DNA of 64,000 nt from a bacterium (GTDB lineage: Bacteria > SAR324 > XYD2-FULL-50-16). Below, piece by piece: positions 27,562 to 35,647 of this stretch. Location of the stretch: the NCBI GenBank assembly GCA_032250835.1, contig JAVVEA010000003.1, forward strand, positions 185,458-249,457. The letters run 5' to 3'. Position 1 is the stretch's first letter; each line of letters opens with the position of its first letter. Made by a program: the position numbers and the translations under genes. The notes under the pieces were generated by a model. The model did not search any database. It was given only the letters and a program-made list of their open reading frames with translations, and was not told where the DNA came from.

Positions 27562-27867
27562 TGTAGGGGGCCGATAGATTGGCGAAACTTAGGCCCACTC
27601 TCGACTTACGCAAACCCACCAACATCTAATCGTCCTCTATCGGCACCGCCCAGTCGGCCCCCTAGGCGTTTGCGCTGATTCGGGTGAACTAGCTACCCTT
27701 GGGGTTCGCCTAGAGGCGCCCTGGTTCGGTCCCGAGTAAATCGCCAGAGCCCAACGTGAAAGGGCGCGTCTTTACCGAAGTGACCAAAAGCTGAAGGAAC
27801 CCCAGCGGATGGCTCAAGGGTACTGGGGAACAAAGGTTTTCTGGCATGAAGGCCCCGATGCCCTACA
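27562..27867. repeat. Highly structured intergenic element (REP/REPIN-like or ncRNA)
   Basis: Nested inverted repeats: TAGGGGGCCGA/TCGGCCCCCTA, GCCGATAGA/TCTATCGGC, TACCCTTGGG/CTCAAGGGTA, GCGCCCT/AGGGCGC; termini TGTAGGG...CCCTACA. Confidence 0.5.
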
Positions 27868-27869
27868 AA

Positions 27870-28418
27870 TTAAAAGTCTTCGAAGAGGCCTGTCGGCTTG
27901 CCGTCGATGCTGGTTTGGTTGTTCTGGGCCCGGTACTCGGCCAATACCTCGGGCCCTTTTTTTAGGCCCCACTGGGTCAGCTTTTCACGGTCACCTTGGT
28001 ACTCAAAGAAGGGCACCCCATAGCCGCAAGAGGTCTGCGCCGAATCTAGTTGCACTAAAACGATTTGCCGGGCCGCCAAATGCGGTGTAAACTGGCTGTA
28101 AAGCTCTTCCCACTCAGGGTGCCGGGGGTAAACCGCCCGGCCTTGGCCGTAGAGTTTTAAAATTAAGGGCTTTTGGTCGAAGGAACAAAACATCACGGTG
28201 ATGCGCCCATTCTCAAAGAGATGCGCCGAAGTCTCGTTGCCCGAGCCGGTGAGATTTAGAAAAGCAAAGGTTTTTGGGCCTAAAACCCGGAAACTATCGA
28301 GCCCTTTGGGGTTGAGGTTGATGCGCCCCTCAAAGGGTGCGGTAGCGACGAAGTAAACCTTCTGTTCCTGAATAAACTCAATGAGTTTATCCGACAAAGC
28401 GTCAAAGAATTGTGCCAT
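27870..28418 (-). CDS. Pyridoxamine 5'-phosphate oxidase-family FMN-binding protein
   Basis: FI.EQ..FVATAP..GR.N..PKG, LTGSGNET.AH, MFCSF..P.IL.LYG, SCGYGVP, N..SIDG.P. Confidence 0.9.
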   Translation of the reverse strand: MAQFFDALSDKLIEFIQEQKVYFVATAPFEGRINLNPKGLDSFRVLGPKTFAFLNLTGSGNETSAHLFENGRITVMFCSFDQKPLILKLYGQGRAVYPRHPEWEELYSQFTPHLAARQIVLVQLDSAQTSCGYGVPFFEYQGDREKLTQWGLKKGPEVLAEYRAQNNQTSIDGKPTGLFEDF

Positions 28419-28598
28419 TGTTTATACCCAATATCGCGTTTTTTCCAAAATTAGCCTAAACAGTCTAGAACCAGTCGTAAAGCCAAAGAAACGAACTTAG
28501 GAGATTTGCCTAGGGAGAAATTCCGTTTACCTGCGAGCGGCTTTGTTCTACACTCGTCCACAGCCTTAAGACCCAGTCAACCTCGAGGACTTCAGAAT

Positions 28599-30560
28599 AT
28601 GCGCGTCGAAAATCAAGCGCTAAAGCGATTGCTGGCGGTGAGCCCTCTCGCCGAGGCCTACGCTAAAGAAGCCTTCATCAACATGGGGGAGCAGCTCGAC
28701 GAGAAGCTGGCTGACTACCTCCACAAAACCGTGGTTTCTTATTCCAAACTGACGACCATCAAGGACCGCATCTTCGGGGCCCGTGACATTGGCGACAAGT
28801 TGGAAGTGGCGCTGGACTTGATGCCCACCCTGATCTTTACGGCCCCCTTCCGGTTTAAAGCCGAAGGCCGTCCCGCTGTGGCGCTGCGGCAGCTTCACAT
28901 CGCCGTATTGGACGCGGCCATGAACCGCTACCGAGAATCTACCAACTTCCAAACCGAGTTTTTTAAGTCCATCCCTTTTTCGATCAAACAAGCGGAATTG
29001 GACCAGAAAATGGACTTGGACAAGGGGGATGAGACCTTTTTGCCCCGTCAGGTGATGCTGGAGATGATCCAGGTAGCCCAGGGCTTTTTGCGGCTGCCCA
29101 AGAGCGGCAAGCGCAATGAGTTGATCGAGCAATATTACATCTACCAAGCGACGACCCAGATTTTTTTCCAGTTTTATTTTGAGCTGATCACCAAGGCCCC
29201 TTCGGACATGGTGGTGGCACTGATCGAAAAGATCTTTGCTTATCTTTTGGCGGCCCTGCGGCGCTTTGAGATCTTGCACTTCATGCAATCTGACGTCTCG
29301 AGTGATCAGATCGAATTTTGGATCGAAAAGGACGCCGCCAATGCGCGCCACCCGATGCTGCGCAAACACATCTTCTCATATGCCGCCAACTACAGCCCGC
29401 TACTGCGCGCCGGGGGGCAACAGGCCCTATCGGCGAACGGCCAGCGGTTGCTACAGATCCAAATCGAAGCGATCAAACAAATGGGTGTGGCCCGCTTGAC
29501 CTTGTTGCTCAAAAGCCTGCGGCGCTACCGGGGAAAGGGGCCGATAAAGTTTATTTTGGCCCAGTTGCAACGAAGCCAGATGGACCTATTAGAATCGCTA
29601 TTAGAACATCTGCAAAATACCGAAGACGCCGAGGAACAAGACATTTTGCGCATGGCCGCCGCACTGGGTAAAAACTTACGGGGCAAATCAGCGCAGAAAC
29701 AGAATTCCGGAGCGACCGGTAAGGTGTTGGCTTCGGCCGAAGCGCAGCGACTGGTGTCCGCCAAGCGGAATCTGGCCAATATGGACACCTCGAAGATGCT
29801 CAACCAGCACAAGATTGCGGATTACCTCAAAGAGCAACTCAAGAAGGTCTACGAGCGGGCCCGCAAAGAAGGGGCCATGACCAAAGACAAGATCCCCAAG
29901 TACTTAGCCTCCTTCGCCGATAGTTCCTCAACGGTGCTTTCGAAGCCGCGCATGGCACCGTCGGAAGTCGAAGAATTTGTGGCCAGTACGGACCAAATAT
30001 TAGAGGAAATCGTTAGTTCCGCAGGGCTGACCGAAGCCGAGTTGCAGGATACCCGCGAGAGCATCACGACGCAGTCCAAGGCCCTATTGACCGCCGAAAC
30101 GGTCGAGGAAAAGGCCGAAATCTTAAACAGCATCGGTGATAAACTGATGGACGCCCAAAATCAGGCAGAAGAAAAACTGCCCGAAGCAGAGCGCCAGCAA
30201 GTTAAATTTGAGAAATTAAAGGACTCAAAAATCATCTCTATTGGGTTCGAGGAATTCAGCCCTTCGATTACCGTTGCTGAGCTCATGAGCTTTCCGCTAG
30301 GGACCAAAGAGGCGGCTAACGAAGAAGAATGGTTTAAGTGTCACTTAAGTTACTTGCATATCTTGGCAGACCATTCCAAAATCGATAAAGAGAAGTTGGA
30401 CAACATCGAGGCCGTTAAAGACCGGTTCCCCAAAATCCGGTACAAAAAGTACTTCGATATTTTTCCTAACAATAAGTTTGATGACTCTGTTTTGAGCGCA
30501 GTTTATTCCTTGTGGGAAAACAACGGGTTAGAGCGCTTGAGACTGGACCAATCTGCCTGA
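28599..30560 (+). CDS. Large alpha-helical hypothetical protein
   Basis: About 650-aa ORF with host-like codon usage and GAGG RBS before ATG 28599; no recognised motif. Confidence 0.75.
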   Translation: MRVENQALKRLLAVSPLAEAYAKEAFINMGEQLDEKLADYLHKTVVSYSKLTTIKDRIFGARDIGDKLEVALDLMPTLIFTAPFRFKAEGRPAVALRQLHIAVLDAAMNRYRESTNFQTEFFKSIPFSIKQAELDQKMDLDKGDETFLPRQVMLEMIQVAQGFLRLPKSGKRNELIEQYYIYQATTQIFFQFYFELITKAPSDMVVALIEKIFAYLLAALRRFEILHFMQSDVSSDQIEFWIEKDAANARHPMLRKHIFSYAANYSPLLRAGGQQALSANGQRLLQIQIEAIKQMGVARLTLLLKSLRRYRGKGPIKFILAQLQRSQMDLLESLLEHLQNTEDAEEQDILRMAAALGKNLRGKSAQKQNSGATGKVLASAEAQRLVSAKRNLANMDTSKMLNQHKIADYLKEQLKKVYERARKEGAMTKDKIPKYLASFADSSSTVLSKPRMAPSEVEEFVASTDQILEEIVSSAGLTEAELQDTRESITTQSKALLTAETVEEKAEILNSIGDKLMDAQNQAEEKLPEAERQQVKFEKLKDSKIISIGFEEFSPSITVAELMSFPLGTKEAANEEEWFKCHLSYLHILADHSKIDKEKLDNIEAVKDRFPKIRYKKYFDIFPNNKFDDSVLSAVYSLWENNGLERLRLDQSA

Positions 30561-30570
30561 GGAGCAGCTT

Positions 30571-31923
30571 TTGACCGTAAAGCGAACCAGAACCGTAATG
30601 ATTGACGACCTAGACGCGTCGATGACGATCCAGGCTTATTTGGGCTTTTCTAAGCTGTACACCCCGGCGACACCGAAGTCGGCCCAGTGGGTGATGCATA
30701 ACTTTAAGGGAAGCAAAGTGATGGTCGAACGGGGCGGCAAACGCGGTGCTCTGCCCATTGAAAAGCTGCGCCCTGGCGACAACCTCCTGCGTATTTACGA
30801 GATCCCCGCCGATAAAGCCAAACTGACCCAAGTCACTCCTCGCTTGGCCGCCGAGCTGAAGGCGCGGGGCTTTAAATCTTTTTTGATCGAAGAAGAGGTC
30901 CAGACCCTCCACTCGGCCGCTGCCGAACGCAAGGCGGAAACCATCGTTAGCGTCAAGAAGCTACAAGAAAAAATGGTCGAAGCTTCCCCAGTGCGCGAAG
31001 AGGCCAAAGGCGCGGTCGAAGACCTGTTGGACAATGCCCGTGCCGGTAAGGTGGACACCAAGCAGGTGATCGCTTATGTAGACCGGATTTGTGACGCAGG
31101 CACCTCTGAGGCCTTGACCGCTATGGTCAGCCTCAAACAGAGTGACCAGACCTACGCCCACTGTGTGGACGTAGCCTCGATCTTCCAGACCGCCTACTTT
31201 GACATGCTCAAGCTCGACGGTCGGCAGAGTGTTTTTCGCGACCCTAAAGAAATCATGCTGGCTGGGTTCATGCACGACTTTGGCAAGTCTAAGGTGCCCA
31301 AGGATATTCTTGATTCCACGAAGCGTTTCGACCGGGATTCTAAGGAAATGAACCTGTTACAGTCGCACCCCGTTTTTGGTGCCGAATTGCTCAGCCACAT
31401 GGGCCTGCCTGACCATATCGTCAACATGGCCCACTACCACCATTGCAAGATGGACCCGGGCATGAAGAGCAGCTATCCGCCGGTTGAATACGAAAAGGTC
31501 TACTACGAGACCCGTATTTTGGCCTTGGTAGACGTCTATCAAGCCTTAGTAGGCAAGCGGAGCTACAAAAAATCTTGGACCCCGCCAGAAACCATCCGCT
31601 ACTTAGGGACCTTGGCGGGCGTGGAATACCCCGATGAATTGTACGCCAGCTTTTTAGCGGTCATGGGCAAGTACCCCAAGAGTTCTTTAGTGAAGCTCAG
31701 CACCGGTGCCGCAGGCTTTGTGATGAACGTTCCGACCGACAAAACCCAACTGGACCGGCCCCAAGTCGCCTTGGCGCTAGACGCAGACGGGGAACGCATG
31801 ACCCACAACGACCTAGTGGACTTGCAAGTGGAATTGGATCTTGAGATTGTGGGGGAGTTGGACGCTCAAGACGTCTTTGGCCAACATGCCGTAGACGTCT
31901 TCTGCGAATTGCACGTCGCTTAA
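30571..31923 (+). CDS. HD-GYP-like phosphohydrolase (putative cyclic dinucleotide phosphodiesterase)
   Basis: TYAHCV, MHDFGK, HPVFG, HYHHCKMD...SSYP, DVYQAL...RSYK, G.YP..SLV.LSTG; AGGAG RBS. Confidence 0.85.
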   Translation: MTVKRTRTVMIDDLDASMTIQAYLGFSKLYTPATPKSAQWVMHNFKGSKVMVERGGKRGALPIEKLRPGDNLLRIYEIPADKAKLTQVTPRLAAELKARGFKSFLIEEEVQTLHSAAAERKAETIVSVKKLQEKMVEASPVREEAKGAVEDLLDNARAGKVDTKQVIAYVDRICDAGTSEALTAMVSLKQSDQTYAHCVDVASIFQTAYFDMLKLDGRQSVFRDPKEIMLAGFMHDFGKSKVPKDILDSTKRFDRDSKEMNLLQSHPVFGAELLSHMGLPDHIVNMAHYHHCKMDPGMKSSYPPVEYEKVYYETRILALVDVYQALVGKRSYKKSWTPPETIRYLGTLAGVEYPDELYASFLAVMGKYPKSSLVKLSTGAAGFVMNVPTDKTQLDRPQVALALDADGERMTHNDLVDLQVELDLEIVGELDAQDVFGQHAVDVFCELHVA

Positions 31924-31940
31924 AAAGGTCCCAGGAGCCT

Positions 31941-32216
31941 TTAAAAGGGTGCGTTTTTGTCGTAAAAGGCGCGCCATTTGGTGATCGGCATGAACTCCAG
32001 TTCTCCGCTGTCGTAGTTCATCATGATCCAGCCTTCGGTCATATCCCGCAAGTCTTTCAACTTCTTGATCTCGCTTTCTTCAAGCATCTCCGGTTCTTCG
32101 ACCAGTTCTTTCCACAATTCGTACTCCAACTGGACCATCCAGCGGTCTGAATAATATTTGAGCGATAATTTGGCCATATACTCGGCCAGATTCTGCGCGA
32201 TACCCTTAATCTGCAT
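31941..32216 (-). CDS. Conserved hypothetical protein
   Basis: GAGG RBS; LAEYM..LS...WM..LEY.LW...GWI pattern. Confidence 0.7.
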   Translation of the reverse strand: MQIKGIAQNLAEYMAKLSLKYYSDRWMVQLEYELWKELVEEPEMLEESEIKKLKDLRDMTEGWIMMNYDSGELEFMPITKWRAFYDKNAPF

Positions 32217-32240
32217 AGATTCCTCTGGTTTGCAGTCCTT

Positions 32241-33149
32241 TTAAGTGGGAGCCCCCTCCTGGGATTGTTTATCTTGTAGCAACAACTGCCACAAGGTCAA
32301 CCCAGCAGCGCCCAAGATTCTTTGCGCCGGGCGTTGTAAATATAAATCAAGATATTGCACACCGAATGAAGGCGTCTCAAAGGCCACCAAGCGGCCTTGG
32401 GCTAGTTCCGGCTCGATCATATGGCGCGGCAGACTGCCCCAACCGGTCCCGTCGAGTAGGATCCTCTTTAATATCTCGAAACTGCCCACATGCCAGTGCG
32501 GGGCCCCTTTTAGATAGTCCAAGGAGCCTTGGGGCCCCTGGCGGGCGGTCTCGGCGACGAGGATCTGGGGCTGGGTTCTAAGGGCCTGATCGCTGAGCTG
32601 GCAATCCTTTAAGGGGCTTTGAGCCCCGTAGACCGGCAGTAGCGCTACCTGGGTCAGCCATTGGCGCTCGATCAGCGTCTCAGGATGCGACGAGCCGCCC
32701 TTGGGTTCGGCGGCAATGGCCAGATCGGCCTGCCCTTCCATAAGGCGTTCCCAGGTACCGCCAAGCAATTCGATCCACAACCTAACCTCTGTGTCGGCAA
32801 AGAGCGCTCCGAAGGTTTCTAACCGCGCTAAAAGCCGTTCTAAGGGGTACAAGGCACTGACCGCCAAGCCCAGGCGGGGCTCAAAGCCCCGCACTAGGCT
32901 TCTGGATAGGTCTTCAAGTCGCTCGAAGCCTTCGAGCAGCGGGCGGGCGCGGTCTAAAAAAACCTCACCCCGTTCGCTCAGGCGGGCTTTATAGCCCCGA
33001 CGGTCGAGCAGTTCAAAGCCGACCTCTGCTTCAAGCTTTTGGATCATGGCGCTTAAGGCTGGCTGGCTTTTGTGCATCCTTTTGGCTGCTTGGCGCAGGC
33101 TGCCAGTCTCGCTTAAGGTCCGTAAAATTTCTAGCGGTTCTCGGTCCAT
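32241..33149 (-). CDS. LysR-family transcriptional regulator
   Basis: ETGSLRQAAKRMHKSQPALS..IQKLE.EVGFELLDR; substrate-binding domain with GWG.LP. Confidence 0.93.
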   Translation of the reverse strand: MDREPLEILRTLSETGSLRQAAKRMHKSQPALSAMIQKLEAEVGFELLDRRGYKARLSERGEVFLDRARPLLEGFERLEDLSRSLVRGFEPRLGLAVSALYPLERLLARLETFGALFADTEVRLWIELLGGTWERLMEGQADLAIAAEPKGGSSHPETLIERQWLTQVALLPVYGAQSPLKDCQLSDQALRTQPQILVAETARQGPQGSLDYLKGAPHWHVGSFEILKRILLDGTGWGSLPRHMIEPELAQGRLVAFETPSFGVQYLDLYLQRPAQRILGAAGLTLWQLLLQDKQSQEGAPT

Positions 33150-33170
33150 ATGATCAGTTTAGTGGATCAT
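33150..33170. promoter_or_regulatory. LysR recognition site (T-N11-A palindrome)
   Basis: ATGATC-AGTTTAGTG-GATCAT adjacent to the LysR start, divergent from the DoxX gene. Confidence 0.6.
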
Positions 33171-33263
33171 GTTGATCAAAACAAACGAATTTTTTCTTAT
33201 CAGTATTTCGCGTAGACTGGGAGCGTATCCTAAAAGAAATAACACCATTCCTTAAGGACGCTC

Positions 33264-33704
33264 ATGAAACGCTATCTGATCCACGGAGCCCGCATCCTCT
33301 TAGGTGCGATCTTTTTTATCCAAGGTCTCAATGGGTTCTTTAACTTTATGCCCATGCCCGAGATGCCTGCCGAGGCGAACGGATTTTTGGGGGCTTTGGC
33401 GGCGACGGGATATTTCTTCCCGATGCTTAAAGTCACCGAAACCCTGGCCGGTTTGATGCTCCTAAGCAACCGGTGGGTTCCTTTGGCTTTGCTGATGCTC
33501 GCGCCGGTGACGGTGAACATCATGGCCTTCCACCTATTCTTGGCCCCACTGGGGCTGCCTATTGCGGTGGTGGTGGTGGCTTTGGAGGCCTTGCTGGGCT
33601 ACCTGCACTTTGACGCTTTCCGCGCCATCTTCGCCATGCCTGGGGTGGTGGACCGTCAAATGGAAGAGGAGGCCCATCCTCGACCCCATATCAAGGCCGC
33701 CTAG
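33264..33704 (+). CDS. DoxX-family membrane protein
   Basis: RILLG.IF...GLNGF, TGY.FP..K..E...G..LL....PLAL..LAPVTVNI..FH. Confidence 0.85.
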   Translation: MKRYLIHGARILLGAIFFIQGLNGFFNFMPMPEMPAEANGFLGALAATGYFFPMLKVTETLAGLMLLSNRWVPLALLMLAPVTVNIMAFHLFLAPLGLPIAVVVVALEALLGYLHFDAFRAIFAMPGVVDRQMEEEAHPRPHIKAA

Positions 33705-33806
33705 AGCCGCTTTTGATCTCAGTTGGGGGCCCTTCGGGGCCGCTATTTAGGGTTTGAAGAATTGTCCCCATTCTGGTAAGCCTGTCTGGACAATCTCTTA
33801 GAGCCT

Positions 33807-34241
33807 ATGGCCCCGATGAAATACAAAACCAACGCAACTGCCCTTTATCTCAGCCTGTCCCCAGGCGAAGAAATCATCACCTGCCTGAGCGACTTAGCGC
33901 GTCGAGAAGGTCTTGAGGCTGCTTGGGTGGTGGGTATTGGGGTTGCCAAAGATTTGGAACTGGGCTTTTACCGAGGGCAAAGCCAAGACTACCTAACCCG
34001 TCGCTTTGCCGGGGACTACGAAATCTTGAGCCTAACGGGTAACCTCAGCCTCAAGGATAAGGTGCCGATGGTGCATTTACACGGAAGTTTCTCGGGTGAA
34101 GACTTTGGGGTCATCGGTGGGCATTTTATGGCAGGGACCATCTCTGCGGCCGGAGAATTTTGGGTTTACCCTGGTAGCGAACCGTTGCACCGGGCCTTTG
34201 CACCTTCGCTTAACCTGCATGTCTGGGATTTGGAATCATGA
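33807..34241 (+). CDS. PPC/DUF296-domain protein
   Basis: L.PGEEI, GIG, EILSLTGN, HLH, GGH. Confidence 0.88.
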   Translation: MAPMKYKTNATALYLSLSPGEEIITCLSDLARREGLEAAWVVGIGVAKDLELGFYRGQSQDYLTRRFAGDYEILSLTGNLSLKDKVPMVHLHGSFSGEDFGVIGGHFMAGTISAAGEFWVYPGSEPLHRAFAPSLNLHVWDLES

Positions 34242-35647
34242 GAACCCTCTGGCTTTGCTTGCTAGCTGGGTTCTTGCTCGGCTCGGCTGCCTGTTCCTCC
34301 AACCCGGGGAACTCTTCCTTGGACTTTGGCGAAGACGCCCAGTTGATTTCCCAGGCCCGTGGCGGTGATGCATACGCTATGGCTGTCTTAGGGGCCAACT
34401 ACCGGCGTGGCGAGGGCATGATACGCGACAGCGAAAAAGCCCGCATCTGGCTCGAACGGGCGGCTTCAAAGGACCACCCTGTGGGCCTGTATAATTTAGC
34501 GATCCTCTACCGCGAGGGCCACGTGGTGCCGAGGGATTTGGCCAAAGCCGATGAGTTGATGACCCGCGCCTTGGGTGGTTTGAAGCGCTTAAGCGAAGAA
34601 GAAGACCCGCGCGCCTGGGCTAACCTGGGGTATCTCTACGAGATTGGCTGGATCTTGCCGCCGGACCGTAAGTTGGCCTTTGAATATTACCAAAAAGCCG
34701 CCGAAGCGGGCTTTGCCCGGGCCCAAAATAACCTGGGCTTGATCTACCAATACGGCGAGCCCGCCCAGCTAGAACTAGCCGCCCATTGGTACCAGAAATC
34801 GGCAAACCAGGGCTTTGCCCGTGGCCAAGCCAACTTGGCCCAGCTTTATGACCTCGGCTACGGCCTGCCGCGTGACCTTGGTGAAGCGTTAAGGTGGTAT
34901 GAACTTGCCGCCAAGCGGGGCAGTGCGATGGCCCAAAACCGGTTGGGAAGTCTCTATGAAACCGGCGAGGGCTATGACCGGGACTACCATGCCGCCTTTA
35001 AATGGTACCGCCGCGCCGCAGACGACCAATTCGCCCCGGCGATGATCAATCTGGGAAGGCTGTACGAGCAGGGTAAGGGCGTGCCCAAGGACCCCAACAC
35101 CGCCTTCTTCTGGTACCTAAAATCCATCGGGGCTGAGCCCGAACTTGGCAAACAGCGGATCAACCGGCTGTTAGAAGACCTAGCGGAGCACAAAAAACAT
35201 TTGGATTTACGGGGCTCGAAATTGGCTGGGTTGAGCTTGAAGGGGATCAACTTTTCTGGTGCCGATTTAAGCGGAGCGGATCTGGCCGGAGCGGACTTGA
35301 GCTGGGCTCAGTTTGTGGGCGCTAAGCTGATCCGTGCCAATCTGGTCGGAGCCGACCTGAGCTTTGCGCTGCTGCGTCGGACTGATTTGACCGACGCCAA
35401 CCTGAGCCGTGCCAACCTCAACGACGCCCAAATGATGTCGGCCAACTTGACCCGAGCAAACCTAAAGGAAGCAAGCTTGAAGTCTACCGCCTTGGTGGGG
35501 GCTAACCTAACCCAAGCCAACCTATTTGGCATAGACGCCGCACGGGTTAACCTGGAAGGGGCCAACCTGAGCGGAGCGCACGAGGTGCCCAGGCTTTGGA
35601 AAGACCACCTAGGCAGCGACGGCATCTACCGCGCCGGAACTCCCTAA
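34238..35647 (+). CDS. Lipoprotein with SEL1-like repeats and C-terminal pentapeptide repeats
   Basis: Lipobox LLGSAAC; about 7 repeats of A..NLG.LY..G...D...A..WY..AA; then ADLSG/ANLVG/ANLTQ pentapeptides. Confidence 0.88.
   Translation: MRTLWLCLLAGFLLGSAACSSNPGNSSLDFGEDAQLISQARGGDAYAMAVLGANYRRGEGMIRDSEKARIWLERAASKDHPVGLYNLAILYREGHVVPRDLAKADELMTRALGGLKRLSEEEDPRAWANLGYLYEIGWILPPDRKLAFEYYQKAAEAGFARAQNNLGLIYQYGEPAQLELAAHWYQKSANQGFARGQANLAQLYDLGYGLPRDLGEALRWYELAAKRGSAMAQNRLGSLYETGEGYDRDYHAAFKWYRRAADDQFAPAMINLGRLYEQGKGVPKDPNTAFFWYLKSIGAEPELGKQRINRLLEDLAEHKKHLDLRGSKLAGLSLKGINFSGADLSGADLAGADLSWAQFVGAKLIRANLVGADLSFALLRRTDLTDANLSRANLNDAQMMSANLTRANLKEASLKSTALVGANLTQANLFGIDAARVNLEGANLSGAHEVPRLWKDHLGSDGIYRAGTP

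Noticed and set aside
27711-27830. Lysine-riboswitch-like words (TAGAGGCGC, GAGTA, GAAAGG, CCGAAG)
   Set aside because: The spacing and 3' half do not fit the L-box, and there is no downstream same-strand gene.
27566-27867. tmRNA, RNase P or SRP RNA in the long intergenic region
   Set aside because: No tRNA-like TTCGA..CCACCA end or tag ORF, no GAGGAAAGTCC, and no SRP GGAA-loop motif.
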